UHGV virus genome: UHGV-0286546
Origin: a virus
Direction: 5' to 3' (one strand)
DNA: 64,000 nt
Shown: piece after piece, positions 63,536 to 64,000 of the stretch
Numbering within the stretch: position 1 is the first letter of the stretch
Layout: each line of letters starts with the position of its first letter
Position numbers and translations under genes: made by a program
Notes under the pieces: model-generated
What the model was told of the DNA's origin: nothing
Database searches by the model: none
What the model saw: only the letters and a program-made list of their open reading frames with translations

Positions 63536-64000
63536 ATGCAGTTTATTTGTTTATTAGCTTTTGCAAACTTAATTTTCGGGTTTGTATTCGCATATCGTTC
63601 AAGAAGAATTACATACGGCGAATTTTTTCTAGTTTCTGTTGTAGTATGGCTTTTGATGTCTTTAGTATATGGCATTTATTATAAGATTCGCATTAGTGAT
63701 AATAAATTCATAAACGATAGAGTGATTTCTATGAGATATGAAGGTCCGTGGGTATCACATTATACTTGTTGTAAACGTCATGCTACACGCTGTCATGGAT
63801 CGGGTAAACATAGAACGTGTACTACATATTGCGCATGGTGGGGAACTTGTTATAAATCAGAAGGTGATTATAGCGAATATACATTAGAAAAATACGGTAC
63901 ACATCGATTGCCTAATGAAAAATTACACGAGCTAAAAGATTTATACTTTAGTGGTCCAGAAGTAGTCAAAGGGTCTAGACCAAGTTATACGAGCGGTGAT
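63536..64000 (+). CDS. 5' part of a CDS running off the window end: membrane-anchored Cys/His-rich protein
   Basis: ATG after aaagggatagc; open to window end; not in ORF track because no stop. Confidence 0.5.
   Translation, partial: MQFICLLAFANLIFGFVFAYRSRRITYGEFFLVSVVVWLLMSLVYGIYYKIRISDNKFINDRVISMRYEGPWVSHYTCCKRHATRCHGSGKHRTCTTYCAWWGTCYKSEGDYSEYTLEKYGTHRLPNEKLHELKDLYFSGPEVVKGSRPSYTSGD

Noticed and set aside
63484-63675. Minus-strand ORF 63484..63675
   Set aside because: Antisense to a better plus-strand CDS (63536..end) with SD and following a terminator.

Overview
This window is a dense, mostly plus-strand segment of a large low-GC T4-like phage genome. It contains about 120 short, tightly packed ORFs with strong Shine-Dalgarno sites and ATGA/GTGA start-stop overlaps. 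Recurrent sigma70-like GTTTTACA-N17-TATAAT promoters and hairpin/T-run terminators separate the gene blocks.

There is an interspersed cluster of 12 canonical tRNA genes. Beside it sit two aberrant tRNA-like RNAs and HNH / GIY-YIG homing-endonuclease genes. A single minus-strand block holds a gp23-family major capsid protein next to an HNH endonuclease and a NUMOD3/Zn-finger protein.

Recognisable products include:
- a Ro60/TROVE-like vWA protein;
- a MoxR AAA+ ATPase paired with a vWA/DUF2201 (HExxH) protein;
- a DnaJ J-domain protein;
- an M16 zinc peptidase;
- an orphan CheY-like receiver domain;
- NUMOD1-like HTH proteins.

Six features are worth a second look:
1. Five or six otherwise unrelated proteins share an N-terminal MS(R/K)F(R/K)TI(V/I)EN leader. 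It looks like a T4-type capsid-targeting sequence ending in an IxE prohead-protease site.
2. About 25 small proteins (~100 aa) in two arrays, plus an orphan, share a C-terminal TL(L/Y)RI(K/D)GY motif.
3. The Ro60-like protein lies beside tRNA-like RNAs with expanded anticodon regions and ORF-free structured DNA, making a possible Ro/Y-RNA-like module.
4. A ~750-nt G-depleted stretch and a ~780-nt C-depleted alternating purine/pyrimidine stretch mirror each other. The former carries spaced GGGGCC/GGCCCC inverted motifs and is followed by AT-rich tandem repeats; the latter lies upstream of the capsid gene.
5. Several tRNAs have odd anticodons or structure.
6. Several small repeated or inserted elements occur. 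These are a promoter-peptide-terminator cassette, an AACCCAACC pre-RBS motif, 18-bp direct repeats flanking a GC hairpin, and paired hairpins with covarying stems.

All coordinates were hand-counted and may be off by a few nt. All functional calls are from motif recognition only.
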